From contig DATAHU010000213.1 in assembly GCA_036263015.1 (NCBI GenBank), forward strand, positions 7,683 to 71,682: a stretch of 64,000 bases of DNA, given 5' to 3'. The stretch's first letter is position 1; every line of letters begins with the position of its first letter. Shown here piece by piece: positions 46,536-54,933 of this stretch. The position numbers and the translations under genes were made by a program. The notes below the pieces were generated by a model. The model worked only from the letters and a program-made list of their open reading frames with translations, was not told where the DNA came from and did not search any database. The DNA is from Polyangiaceae bacterium (GTDB lineage Bacteria > Myxococcota_A > Polyangia > Polyangiales > Polyangiaceae).

Positions 46536-48104
46536 GTGAAGATGGCGAGGATGAGGATCCAGTGGCGAGCGGCTCTGACGCTGTGCTTGGCGATTGGCTC
46601 ACAGCTTGGCTGTCAGGCCGTGCCCAGCGACGGCTCGGAGAATTCACCCGAGCCGCCCCGTAAACCTGGCACGGTAAGCGAAGATGCGAACCGCGCGTCG
46701 ATCGCCGCAGGCTTCGAAGGCCCACTTCCCGCCGTCGCGCTGCCGCTTCCTGCGCAGGCTGATCAGCGCGCCGTAGGAGGACAGTCGGGCGGCGAATCAG
46801 GGCCGGCGTCACCAGCATCACCGAATGGGATGCCGACGTCACCAGCATCACCGAATCCGACGCCGACGCCAGCAACCGGTCCTTCCCTTTGGAGCGCGCT
46901 CGGTCGCTCGACTGCGGGCGCTGAGCCGTCGCAGTTCGTTTCTCTCCTCCAGTTGAGTGCTGCTCTGCCGCTCGCGGCTCATGGCTCTACGGTGTTCATC
47001 TTAGGCAGTTCAACGATTTGGCGCTGGGATGATGTCAAACAGCAAGGCAGCGAGTTCAGGCGCAATTCCAACGATGAGGAGTTTGAAATCCGCGCGCTCG
47101 ACTTGAACGCCGACAGTGTGCCGGAGATCGTAACCTATGGCGCCCGCAGCGCAACGGTGTGGGTCGGCGATGAATCGCTGCAGCCCGCCGCCCACGTCGT
47201 GTTTGCCAACGAGCAGCGGCAAGGCCTGCCACTTGGTATCGGGGATCTGGACGCGGATGGCCTGAGCGACCTCGTCGTGCTCGACGCTGGGCAGGTTCGC
47301 TGGTTCAAAGCGGATGCCGCGTTCGCCTACGCCGAGCAAGCCACGACGCAGGTTCCCACGGACGGGAACTTGCGCGCGAAGTGGCTCGAAGTCGCCGACG
47401 TCGACGCTGATGGGGATCGCGATATCGTCGCGATCTACGAAGAGCTGCATTCCAGCGATCGCTCGAGCGACGCAGGCGTTGCCGGTGACGCTGGCGTTGC
47501 GGGTGACGCTGGCCTTGCGGGTGACGCTGGCCTTGCGAGCGACGCTGGCCCTCGGGGGGGGACAATCGGTGTGCTCCTCAACGCTGGCGACAATGCTACG
47601 TTCTCGCTCGCCCAAACGAGCTTGGGCTCAGCGCATCCGGTTGGCGCGGCTCGTCCGTTGGTGGATCTGAGTGGCGATGGCGTTGCAGACTTGGTTTTCG
47701 TCAGCGATGGCCGGCTCTGGCTGAGCAAGGGGGGCGGGGACGGCAGTTTCAGCGAGGCTAACCTTGCGGACTCCATGCCCCTCGATGATTTGGTCGAGCC
47801 GCGCTTGAACGCGGTCGACCTGGACGACGACGGTGACAACGACTTGCTGCTCGAAAGCGAGCAGGGCTCCGCACTGCAACTTCTCAATGACGGCACGGGT
47901 CGTTTCGATGCGGTCGGGCTAGCGCGCAACTTGGGCAATCCGCGGCACGTGGCCGCCGGCACCAAAGACGGCGTCAGAGTCTTGTATGCGACCATCGACC
48001 TCGATTGCACCAACGCTTCGGACGAATGCACTCGTGAAGCGTCAAGCACACAGACCGGTTCTGCGACGGACGCTGGCCTCGAATGCGATCCGCCAGCGCC
48101 GTGA
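46536..48104 (+). CDS. FG-GAP/VCBS-repeat secreted lipoprotein, paralog 1
   Basis: Lipobox-like LAIGSQLGCQ. Repeated Ca-binding-type motifs: DLNADSVPEIV, IGDLDADGLSDLVV, VADVDADGDRDIVA, LVDLSGDGVADLVF, AVDLDDDGDNDLLL. Homologous to 49247..50488. Start options are GTG 46536, ATG 46542 and ATG 46551. Confidence 0.8.
   Translation: MKMARMRIQWRAALTLCLAIGSQLGCQAVPSDGSENSPEPPRKPGTVSEDANRASIAAGFEGPLPAVALPLPAQADQRAVGGQSGGESGPASPASPNGMPTSPASPNPTPTPATGPSLWSALGRSTAGAEPSQFVSLLQLSAALPLAAHGSTVFILGSSTIWRWDDVKQQGSEFRRNSNDEEFEIRALDLNADSVPEIVTYGARSATVWVGDESLQPAAHVVFANEQRQGLPLGIGDLDADGLSDLVVLDAGQVRWFKADAAFAYAEQATTQVPTDGNLRAKWLEVADVDADGDRDIVAIYEELHSSDRSSDAGVAGDAGVAGDAGLAGDAGLASDAGPRGGTIGVLLNAGDNATFSLAQTSLGSAHPVGAARPLVDLSGDGVADLVFVSDGRLWLSKGGGDGSFSEANLADSMPLDDLVEPRLNAVDLDDDGDNDLLLESEQGSALQLLNDGTGRFDAVGLARNLGNPRHVAAGTKDGVRVLYATIDLDCTNASDECTREASSTQTGSATDAGLECDPPAP
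47469..47552 (+). repeat. In-frame 18-nt tandem repeat (about 4.7 units) encoding (DAG[VL]AG)n
   Basis: gac gca ggc gtt gcc ggt / gac gct ggc gtt gcg ggt / gac gct ggc ctt gcg ggt / gac gct ggc ctt gcg agc / gac gct ggc cct. It is absent from the paralog at 49247..50488. Confidence 0.9.
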
Positions 48105-48111
48105 GGTTCCG

Positions 48112-49113
48112 TCAAGTGAACCGTACCAGCTGCATCAACAACAGCGCCGCCGTCTCGCACGGCTGCGACGCAGCTACGATTGAGCGCGTTTCGCGATAGG
48201 CTCGCCGTAAGCATTCGTGAACCGTTGCCAGATCTGCCTTGCTCAGACTGATCACGTTGTAGGCGAACCAATCCGCCGTGCCCGTGCGACGTGAACGATC
48301 CAAGGCGACCTTCAACCAATGTTGTTGCAACTTACCAAACGCATCGCTGCTGACCCGCGTGTCGACGCTCAGCTCACGCAGCACTTGGTAACCGCCTTCG
48401 CTCGACTGCAAGATCCCCGCGTCGACCAAACCGCTCAGCGCCGAGTCGAGTTCTGCCTGTGAGATGCCGAGGCAAGCCGCGAGCGTCGTGTGCACGAGCT
48501 CCGGCTGCTCGCGGTAAGCGGTCGTTTCGAGCGCTCGCAGAATGACTTCGGTCCAAGGTTGCTCGAACGCGATGTTGCGTGCCGCTTGCGCTTGTCGAAA
48601 AGTGGGCAACAGCGTGGGCACGGATTCGATCGCGACGAGCCCCGCGACCCAGTCGTGCGCGCGTCCACTGATCACGTCGAGCAAGCGTAGAAACTGAGCC
48701 AATTTCGGGTGCGCTTTGCCCGCGAGCCAGCGGCCCACCGTGTGACGCGTGAGCTGCATCGATTCAGCCAACCACACGATCGAGCGGCCTTGGCAAAACG
48801 CTACTAACCATTCGTGAAGCTGCCACTGGCCCTGCGCGTCTTGGCGCGGTGCGCCCAGCGTCCCTAGGCGCTCGAACGCCGTGTTCACGTTCAGCCGCAC
48901 GCGTTGAGCGGCGCGCAAGACTTCGCGGGCCGTGGGTTGGCGAACTCCGCGCTCCCAATCTGTGATTGGGTTGGCGCGATAGCCCAAGCGTCGAGCAAAC
49001 AACACTTGTGAGCGCTTGCCTCGGATCGCGCGCAGCAACTCGAGTGCTGCACGATCGTAGTCGAGGCTTGGTGCAACAACAGGCAAAGGCGCTTGAACAC
49101 TGGAAGAGTTCAT
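48112..49113 (-). CDS. HTH regulator, paralog B (same family as 41490..42482)
   Basis: 333 aa. IRGKRSQVLFARRLGYRANPITDWERGVRQPTAREVLRAA aligns with paralog A. The C-terminal block AYNVISLSKADLATVHECLRRAYRETRSIV aligns with AYNVCGVSRSDFDELRRLQREYLQKARAII. Confidence 0.7.
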   Translation of the reverse strand: MNSSSVQAPLPVVAPSLDYDRAALELLRAIRGKRSQVLFARRLGYRANPITDWERGVRQPTAREVLRAAQRVRLNVNTAFERLGTLGAPRQDAQGQWQLHEWLVAFCQGRSIVWLAESMQLTRHTVGRWLAGKAHPKLAQFLRLLDVISGRAHDWVAGLVAIESVPTLLPTFRQAQAARNIAFEQPWTEVILRALETTAYREQPELVHTTLAACLGISQAELDSALSGLVDAGILQSSEGGYQVLRELSVDTRVSSDAFGKLQQHWLKVALDRSRRTGTADWFAYNVISLSKADLATVHECLRRAYRETRSIVAASQPCETAALLLMQLVRFT

Positions 49114-49246
49114 GAAGCCCAGTGTTACTCATCCGCAGTGAATTTGCCCGGAAATGCTCGTCGCAGGGCGACGGCGAGGCAGCAAATGTTCGGTTCTGGG
49201 CTTCTTTGCGCTAGCAGGTGCACACCGTGCACGGCATCTTCGATTC

Positions 49247-50488
49247 ATGGTGAAGGCGCGCTTCATGGTCGCTGCCGTCTCGGCTTGTGCTGAGATCGGC
49301 TGTCAATTTGGACCGGCAGCAATGCTCGATTCGACCGCCACGTCGTTGGACGGTTCTACTTCGCCTGACTGCAAAGATACCGAAGAAAGCTTTTGCTTGG
49401 GTGACGCCAAGGGAGGTAGCACGTCTTCGCCCTTCGAACCGATCGCCCCGCTGGCGCACGACTACTCGCTTTTGGTTTACGGCTCGAACCTGTACGGCTG
49501 GGACGCTGAGTCCGTGTGGCAACTCGTGGGATCGCGCGTGCAACCGCGGCTCGCGCTGTTGCCGGGACTACAACACGATGAGATCCGCATCGCTGACCTC
49601 AATGCCGATGGCAACCTGGAGATTATCAGCTACGGCGACTTCAGCGCCACGGTTTGGGCAGGTCACGATCAATTGCAACAACGCGCCACGGTCGACTTCT
49701 TGACGCTGAGCTCGGAGGCCGTGCCGTTCACCCTGGGTGATTTGGATGGGGATGGTTTGATCGACTTGATCGCGCTCGACAAGACCCATTTGCGCTGGTT
49801 CAAAGCCGACTCCGCGCTCGAGTTCAGTGAGCAAGCGACGGACACCGGCGTCCAAGACGCCAATGCCCGCGCGACCTGGATCGAAGTCGACGACGTCGAT
49901 CACGACGGCGATTTAGACTTGGTCGCGATGTATCGGGGCGGGGACGTGGGTTCCTCGGCGCCATCACCGAGCTTGATCAGCGCGTACCTCAATACCGGCT
50001 CTGCGACGACGTTCACCCGCGTCGATACCGCGCTGGGCGCTGCGGATACGCGCATCACTGCGCGTCCGTTCGTAGACGTCGATGGCGATGCTGCCGCAGA
50101 TGTCGTGTGGGTGAGCGCAAATCGCCTGTGGTTCAGCGCGAACCAGGGAGAGGGTCACTTTGCGGAGCCTGTTCGCGCTGACGACGGCGCGAACGAGTTG
50201 TCTGGAGTTACGCGGCTGACGAGCGTCGATCTCGATCTGGACGGTGAGCAGGATTTGCTGATCGAGCGCAATCGGGGTGCCGCGTTGCAGCTGCTCAACA
50301 GGGGAGCAGGACAGTTTCGCACGCTCGACTTGGACGGCAATCGGGGCGAGGCTCGTCACGTCGCAGCTGGCGTCGTCAAAGGGGAGACGGAGGGCGTTGC
50401 CTCGGTTCGAATTTTCGCGAGCTTGTTCACTCGCAGCAGTGCGGGGAATGTCGATGGCGGTGCGGGCACGGCGTTGCCCGTCGAGTGA
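49247..50488 (+). CDS. FG-GAP/VCBS-repeat secreted lipoprotein, paralog 2
   Basis: ATG 49247 gives MVKARFMVAAVSACAEIGCQ. Repeat motifs: DLNADGNLEII, LGDLDGDGLIDLIA, VDDVDHDGDLDLVA, FVDVDGDAAADVVW, SVDLDLDGEQDLLI. Confidence 0.8.
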   Translation: MVKARFMVAAVSACAEIGCQFGPAAMLDSTATSLDGSTSPDCKDTEESFCLGDAKGGSTSSPFEPIAPLAHDYSLLVYGSNLYGWDAESVWQLVGSRVQPRLALLPGLQHDEIRIADLNADGNLEIISYGDFSATVWAGHDQLQQRATVDFLTLSSEAVPFTLGDLDGDGLIDLIALDKTHLRWFKADSALEFSEQATDTGVQDANARATWIEVDDVDHDGDLDLVAMYRGGDVGSSAPSPSLISAYLNTGSATTFTRVDTALGAADTRITARPFVDVDGDAAADVVWVSANRLWFSANQGEGHFAEPVRADDGANELSGVTRLTSVDLDLDGEQDLLIERNRGAALQLLNRGAGQFRTLDLDGNRGEARHVAAGVVKGETEGVASVRIFASLFTRSSAGNVDGGAGTALPVE

Positions 50489-50497
50489 CGTGCGTGG

Positions 50498-50740
50498 TCA
50501 CGGGTTGGTCGCGTGGGCTCGAACGTACTCCATGGCTTCGGCAAATGAATGTACGGCTTCGGCGCTCTCGTAATCGAGCTCGAAAGCGAACTCCTCAGCC
50601 AGCGACGCGAACAAGGTGATGTGCGCCACTGAGTCCCAGTTTGGGATCGTATCCTGCGTGGCCGTGCGCAACGCCTCTCGGGCGACGTCGGGGAAGACGT
50701 TCGAAAAACAATCGAGAACCCGCGTTTCGAGATCAGCCAT
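50498..50740 (-). CDS. Acyl carrier protein (stand-alone, FkbH-associated type)
   Basis: 80 aa from ATG 50740. The phosphopantetheine-site context is IPNWDSVAHITLFASLAEEF. The track ORF's upstream extension overlaps the FkbH gene end. Confidence 0.7.
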   Translation of the reverse strand: MADLETRVLDCFSNVFPDVAREALRTATQDTIPNWDSVAHITLFASLAEEFAFELDYESAEAVHSFAEAMEYVRAHATNP

Positions 50741-50831
50741 GAGCGATGCGGCAAAGCCTAAGTCGAGCTCACGCGCCGAGGCAAGTGCACAACGGAGAGA
50801 ATCGCAAAGAGAGAATCCCAAGCGAGGGAAT

Positions 50832-52592
50832 CTACTTGGAGCTCGTTCTGTGAGGCAGTGGCGCCAATTTCGGGCTGTGCTCACCTCGGCAAAGGACGAC
50901 GGTGCCGCCAGGGTCGTCGACACCAAGGCTTCGCAGGAAATCGAAAAAGGGTGCGTTTCGCTCATTGGCGACGGGTGTGAAGCTGACGCGTCCGTTGTTC
51001 GCGCGCTGCAACAAGCACTCCGTCATGTGATGCTCGATGCGGCGCGAGAACGCGCGGCAACTGAGCACCCAGTGTAGGACTTCGTGCGTGCCGTCTTCGG
51101 CGACCCGCCCCGCCATGAGCCCAATCGTGCCCAGCGGTCCGAACTTGTCCGTATACGAGAAGCCGAGCACGAAGCTGCCGGGCTCAGCGACGAAAGCGCG
51201 CCACTCGGATTCCGAACGCCGCGCTCCATCGAGGTTGAATTGATTCGTCTTGTTCAACAGAGAGAGCAGGCGCGTATTGTCGGGATCCTTGCTCGTTTCG
51301 ACCGTGAGTTCCCCGTTCAGGCTTCGCAGGAACTCGAGCTGCGGCTGCGCACTGCGTTCGAGTTCGAAGTCGCTCACACGCCGCAAACTGCCTGCACGTA
51401 GCGCGTCGTCTCGCTCGATCACCGGTTTTCCGAACAAGTCGCGCAGCCGCTCGAGCAAGGCGAGCACTTTCTCCGGCTCGTTGCCGTTGAACGAGAGCGT
51501 GGTCAACCCGGGATGAGCCTGCTGCACTTCGGCCAGTTCGAGCGCACTATCATCCACGAACACCACTGCATCCGCATTGACGTTCCAGGTTTCCAGGATC
51601 CGGGCGACCGCGTCCGACTTCGGACCCCAGCTGGCGATGGTTGGATAGAGGCGCTCGCTCTGAAGCCACAGCTCGCGCGTGAGCGCGGCCTGGACCACGC
51701 TCGGCGTGTTTTTGCTGACCGCACCGAGGAGCACCCCTGCGTCGCTGAGCTGTTGCAAGAAGAGTTGATACAGCCCATGGATCTGCGCGTGCTCGGCTTG
51801 ACTCCAAGCGATGGCGTCTGCGCCAACTTCGCCAACGATGCCCGACCAGAGCGTGTCGTCGAGATCGGTGATCAGGCCCTTCTTGGGTGCCTGAGCAAAG
51901 CCGAGCGCAATCAGCTGACTTGCCAGTGCGCTCGTGTGCGGCGTGCGATAAGGAAAACCGGTGGCGAACTCCGAGCGCACGTCCAGTCGCTCCAACGGCG
52001 GGCTGCGCCGTGCCAATTCCGTCGAGTCGAGAATACGCACGTGCTTCGAGCGCGAACACGCCAGGGCAAAGTCCGCGATTTCTCGTTCGAGCCCCAACTG
52101 GAAGTGGCTCGCCTGTGCCGCGGGTGTATGTCCGTGGTGGGTGAGCGGAAGCGTCGGTAAACTCGCGACGACGAGTGCGCGCTTCGTGAGCGGTTCGAGC
52201 AGGTCGTACAGGCGTTGTAGCTTACGTTTTACGCCGTCCAGTACGTCTGCTTCGTGGCTCGCGCTCCAGGGCGCTGCGGCGCGTAACCCAAGCCGTGGGT
52301 CGAGATCACTGTATTCGACGAGTAGGAACACGAGCGTCTGCTCTTGGTCGAATGCGCGCCGCGCGTTGCCTTCCAGATCGCCATAGACGCCCGTCGCCAG
52401 CTGCAAGCGTTTGTCGGGAAACCGACCGAGATAGTGAGCTTCCAACAACGGCAATAGGTGCAACGGTTCGAAGCCGCAGGCGACGAACGCGCTATCCCCG
52501 ATTGGTAGTGCGCGGCTTTGTGCCAGCAAGGCCAGGGCTTGGCCCAACTTCACCGCAGCACCTCGTGCAAGCGCGTCCAATTCTTGCGCCAA
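50832..52592 (-). CDS. FkbH-like HAD-IIIC phosphatase/acyl-loading enzyme with a GNAT-like C-terminal domain
   Basis: HAD motif I context KGLITDLDDTLWSGIVGEVG. C-terminal DKFGPLGTIGLMAG...HWVLSCRAFSRRIEHHM, typical of the FkbH family. An alternative GTG start at 53 (52553) would give a GTGA overlap with the upstream gene. Confidence 0.8.
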   Translation of the reverse strand: MAQELDALARGAAVKLGQALALLAQSRALPIGDSAFVACGFEPLHLLPLLEAHYLGRFPDKRLQLATGVYGDLEGNARRAFDQEQTLVFLLVEYSDLDPRLGLRAAAPWSASHEADVLDGVKRKLQRLYDLLEPLTKRALVVASLPTLPLTHHGHTPAAQASHFQLGLEREIADFALACSRSKHVRILDSTELARRSPPLERLDVRSEFATGFPYRTPHTSALASQLIALGFAQAPKKGLITDLDDTLWSGIVGEVGADAIAWSQAEHAQIHGLYQLFLQQLSDAGVLLGAVSKNTPSVVQAALTRELWLQSERLYPTIASWGPKSDAVARILETWNVNADAVVFVDDSALELAEVQQAHPGLTTLSFNGNEPEKVLALLERLRDLFGKPVIERDDALRAGSLRRVSDFELERSAQPQLEFLRSLNGELTVETSKDPDNTRLLSLLNKTNQFNLDGARRSESEWRAFVAEPGSFVLGFSYTDKFGPLGTIGLMAGRVAEDGTHEVLHWVLSCRAFSRRIEHHMTECLLQRANNGRVSFTPVANERNAPFFDFLRSLGVDDPGGTVVLCRGEHSPKLAPLPHRTSSK

Positions 52593-54181
52593 GCAAACAC
52601 GTCGAAGACGAACGCTTTGGCATCGATCACCGAGCCGCTACGCGTGGCGTTCAGAGTGTGTAAACCTGAAGCGTAGGGCCAGTTCGAACGCGGTTCGAGT
52701 CGAACCTGGGGCAGCTCCTCGTATTCGGTGGGCGAGAGCTTGACGATTCGATTGAGCACGAGCGCACCGCCGTAAGTACGAGAGCAATCTTGCGCGGGGC
52801 GAAACAGCTGTCCGTCGACTAGGATCGGTCGTCCCGCAGGACGACTCGAGCCGATGTCGCACTTCACCGGGTTCAGTGGGTGCGGCTGATAGGGGCCGCG
52901 AAGCGAGTGCGCGTAGAAGGCATACAAGTTCAAGTTTCCCCAGGCGCCGTCGTCTTGACGTGAGCCTAGGATCCAGTAGAGCCCGTCGTGCTCGAAGAGC
53001 GTGGGATCGACGAGAGGCACTCCCGTCAGCAAGTCGGCCTCGTACTGCCAGTGGTTGCCAAGCCGTCGATACAAGCGCACAGCCCGGGCTTGATAGCTTT
53101 CGGGCACGCAGTACAGCTCACCCTCCGATTCGAACACGTAGGGGTAAGAGAGGTGGAACGGTTCCTCGATCTCGGTTTGCAGCTCCAAGCCTGCACCTGC
53201 CGAGTTAACGACGCGGCAAATCGTGCCCTTGCCGCCCTGAGGGTATTCCTCGACGAGCAAGTGCTCGATCCCATCGCGCTCGAAGGCGAACGGGTCCGCG
53301 ATCAGATGCCCAGGTGTATGCGGTGAACACCAACGAATGGGTTCGGGGCCAAGCGCGCCGCGCCGCACGATCTCCGCAACCGTGCGAGCGCAAAAGCCGA
53401 CGTTCCAGATCTCCAAGTGAAACAGGAGCTCCCATAGCTTGCCGAGCGCGTGCGTGCTCATCCGTGCCATGGCGTCACGCATCCCGGGCCGGGCGAAGGA
53501 GAACGGATCTGCCTGTTCGACGCGAGCCTCGGCGAGTTGTTCATTTGGAGCCGTGCGTATGCCGAGTGCGAATTGGTTGCAGACGCGGGCTGCAAACTCC
53601 GCGGCTCCGCTCGCCACGCGATCGAAATTGTTGACCCAGCTGGCTTTGCAGGTGCCGAACCAACCGCGGAACAAGATGGCATCGGGTTTACCCGTTTCAG
53701 CCAAGCGTTCCAGTCGCGCTTCGGTGCGATCGCTGCCCGCCACGACCTCGCCGAAACAAGGCAAAGCCTCACGATCGAAATCGTACGACCAGATACCGAA
53801 GCGGGTTAGCCGCACGAGCTCTGGCGGAAACGCGGTCGCGTCGAACTGCAGCACGAAGTCCAAGTCGAGTTGGCACAGCTGTGTCAGCGTGGGCTCGGAA
53901 GCGGACCTCGCGTTAGTCTCGAGAATCGGAACCTCCGCAAACGCAGCCCGCACTGAGCCTCGCTGCCAGGCCCTGGAGCGGCGTTCGAACCAGTGGCGCC
54001 GGTAGAGCAACAGCGACCCACTGGCGGTCTCGAGCCTTTCCGAACGTTCACCCGTCAGCGCACAGACGAGCTCCGCGCGCCCCGTGCCGATCACGTTCTG
54101 CACGCAACGTACCGCCCAACTAGACAAGCCACCCCGATGAGTGAGCAGGCCGAAGCGGAGTTTGCGGGAGGGCTCGGGCAT
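52550..54181 (-). CDS. Two-domain hypothetical enzyme: formyltransferase-like N-terminal domain plus C-terminal beta-propeller-like domain
   Basis: ATG 54181 gives MPEPSRKLRFGLLTHRGG.... The N-terminal half has the layout of formyl-transferase N domains (weak). The C-terminal half (GHLIADPFAFERDGIEHLLVEEY...LYCVPESYQ...DPTLFEHDGLYWILGS) resembles bacterial proteins annotated as the glucosamine inositolphosphorylceramide transferase family / GH43-like fold (from memory). Confidence 0.55.
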   Translation of the reverse strand: MPEPSRKLRFGLLTHRGGLSSWAVRCVQNVIGTGRAELVCALTGERSERLETASGSLLLYRRHWFERRSRAWQRGSVRAAFAEVPILETNARSASEPTLTQLCQLDLDFVLQFDATAFPPELVRLTRFGIWSYDFDREALPCFGEVVAGSDRTEARLERLAETGKPDAILFRGWFGTCKASWVNNFDRVASGAAEFAARVCNQFALGIRTAPNEQLAEARVEQADPFSFARPGMRDAMARMSTHALGKLWELLFHLEIWNVGFCARTVAEIVRRGALGPEPIRWCSPHTPGHLIADPFAFERDGIEHLLVEEYPQGGKGTICRVVNSAGAGLELQTEIEEPFHLSYPYVFESEGELYCVPESYQARAVRLYRRLGNHWQYEADLLTGVPLVDPTLFEHDGLYWILGSRQDDGAWGNLNLYAFYAHSLRGPYQPHPLNPVKCDIGSSRPAGRPILVDGQLFRPAQDCSRTYGGALVLNRIVKLSPTEYEELPQVRLEPRSNWPYASGLHTLNATRSGSVIDAKAFVFDVFAWRKNWTRLHEVLR

Positions 54182-54276
54182 CGAGCTCGATGCAGTACAA
54201 CGCCTGTCAGCGCCCGACAACCGCCTTCGCGGGTTGCACGCGGGACGCCGTGTCGCGCGCTACGGCGTGTCGCGCG

Positions 54277-54495
54277 CTATGCTAGGCGTGCGCCGACGTC
54301 GTAGCCCGCATCTTCGATGGCTCGGCGCACGGTCGCATCCGGGGCGTCGGCGTTCACTCGAACGGTGCCTTCGCTCACCGAGACGTCGTCCGGAGTTACT
54401 TTGATGCCGGCTCGCCCAAGGGCGGCAGCGACGGAGCGCTGGCAGCCCGCGCAGGTCATGCCCTTTACCTCGTACTTGACGCTTACTGTTTGCAT
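54277..54495 (-). CDS. copZ: Copper chaperone, heavy-metal-associated (HMA) domain
   Basis: 72 aa with VKGMTCAGCQRSV (MxCxxC). It lies downstream of copA-cueR. Confidence 0.85.
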   Translation of the reverse strand: MQTVSVKYEVKGMTCAGCQRSVAAALGRAGIKVTPDDVSVSEGTVRVNADAPDATVRRAIEDAGYDVGARLA

Positions 54496-54537
54496 GTTTG
54501 GTTGCTTCCTTCATTCGGTAGAGGTTCGAGACGGCGT

Positions 54538-54933
54538 TCAGTGATGTCGCGCCTCGAGATCGTCGAGGATCGGGCAGTCCGGTCGATCATCGCCGTGGCA
54601 ACAATGAACGAGGTGGCTCAAGGTTCTCACCACACTCTGCAGATCGTCGATTTTGGCTTGCAGCGCCTGCACGTGTGTGGTCGCCAAGCGTTTGACCTCT
54701 TGGCTCTTGCGCCTGCGGTTGTTCCACAGCGACAAGAGCTTCTGAATCTCTGCCATCCCGAAGCCGAGTTGCCGACAGCGCCGCACGAACTGCAGCGTGT
54801 GAACGTCTGCGTCGGAATAGGCTCGGTACCCGCCCGCCGAGCGCGCGGCGCGACGAATGAGCCCGATCGACTCGTAATAGCGAATCATCTTTGCCGAAAC
54901 GCCGGACGCCGCCGCCACTTCTCCGATCTTCAT
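54538..54933 (-). CDS. cueR: Cu(I)-responsive MerR-family regulator
   Basis: MKIGEVAAASGVSAKMIRYYESIGLI is the MerR HTH. The C-terminal metal loop is CCHGDDRPDCPIL. It overlaps the copA stop (ATGA). Confidence 0.85.
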   Translation of the reverse strand: MKIGEVAAASGVSAKMIRYYESIGLIRRAARSAGGYRAYSDADVHTLQFVRRCRQLGFGMAEIQKLLSLWNNRRRKSQEVKRLATTHVQALQAKIDDLQSVVRTLSHLVHCCHGDDRPDCPILDDLEARHH

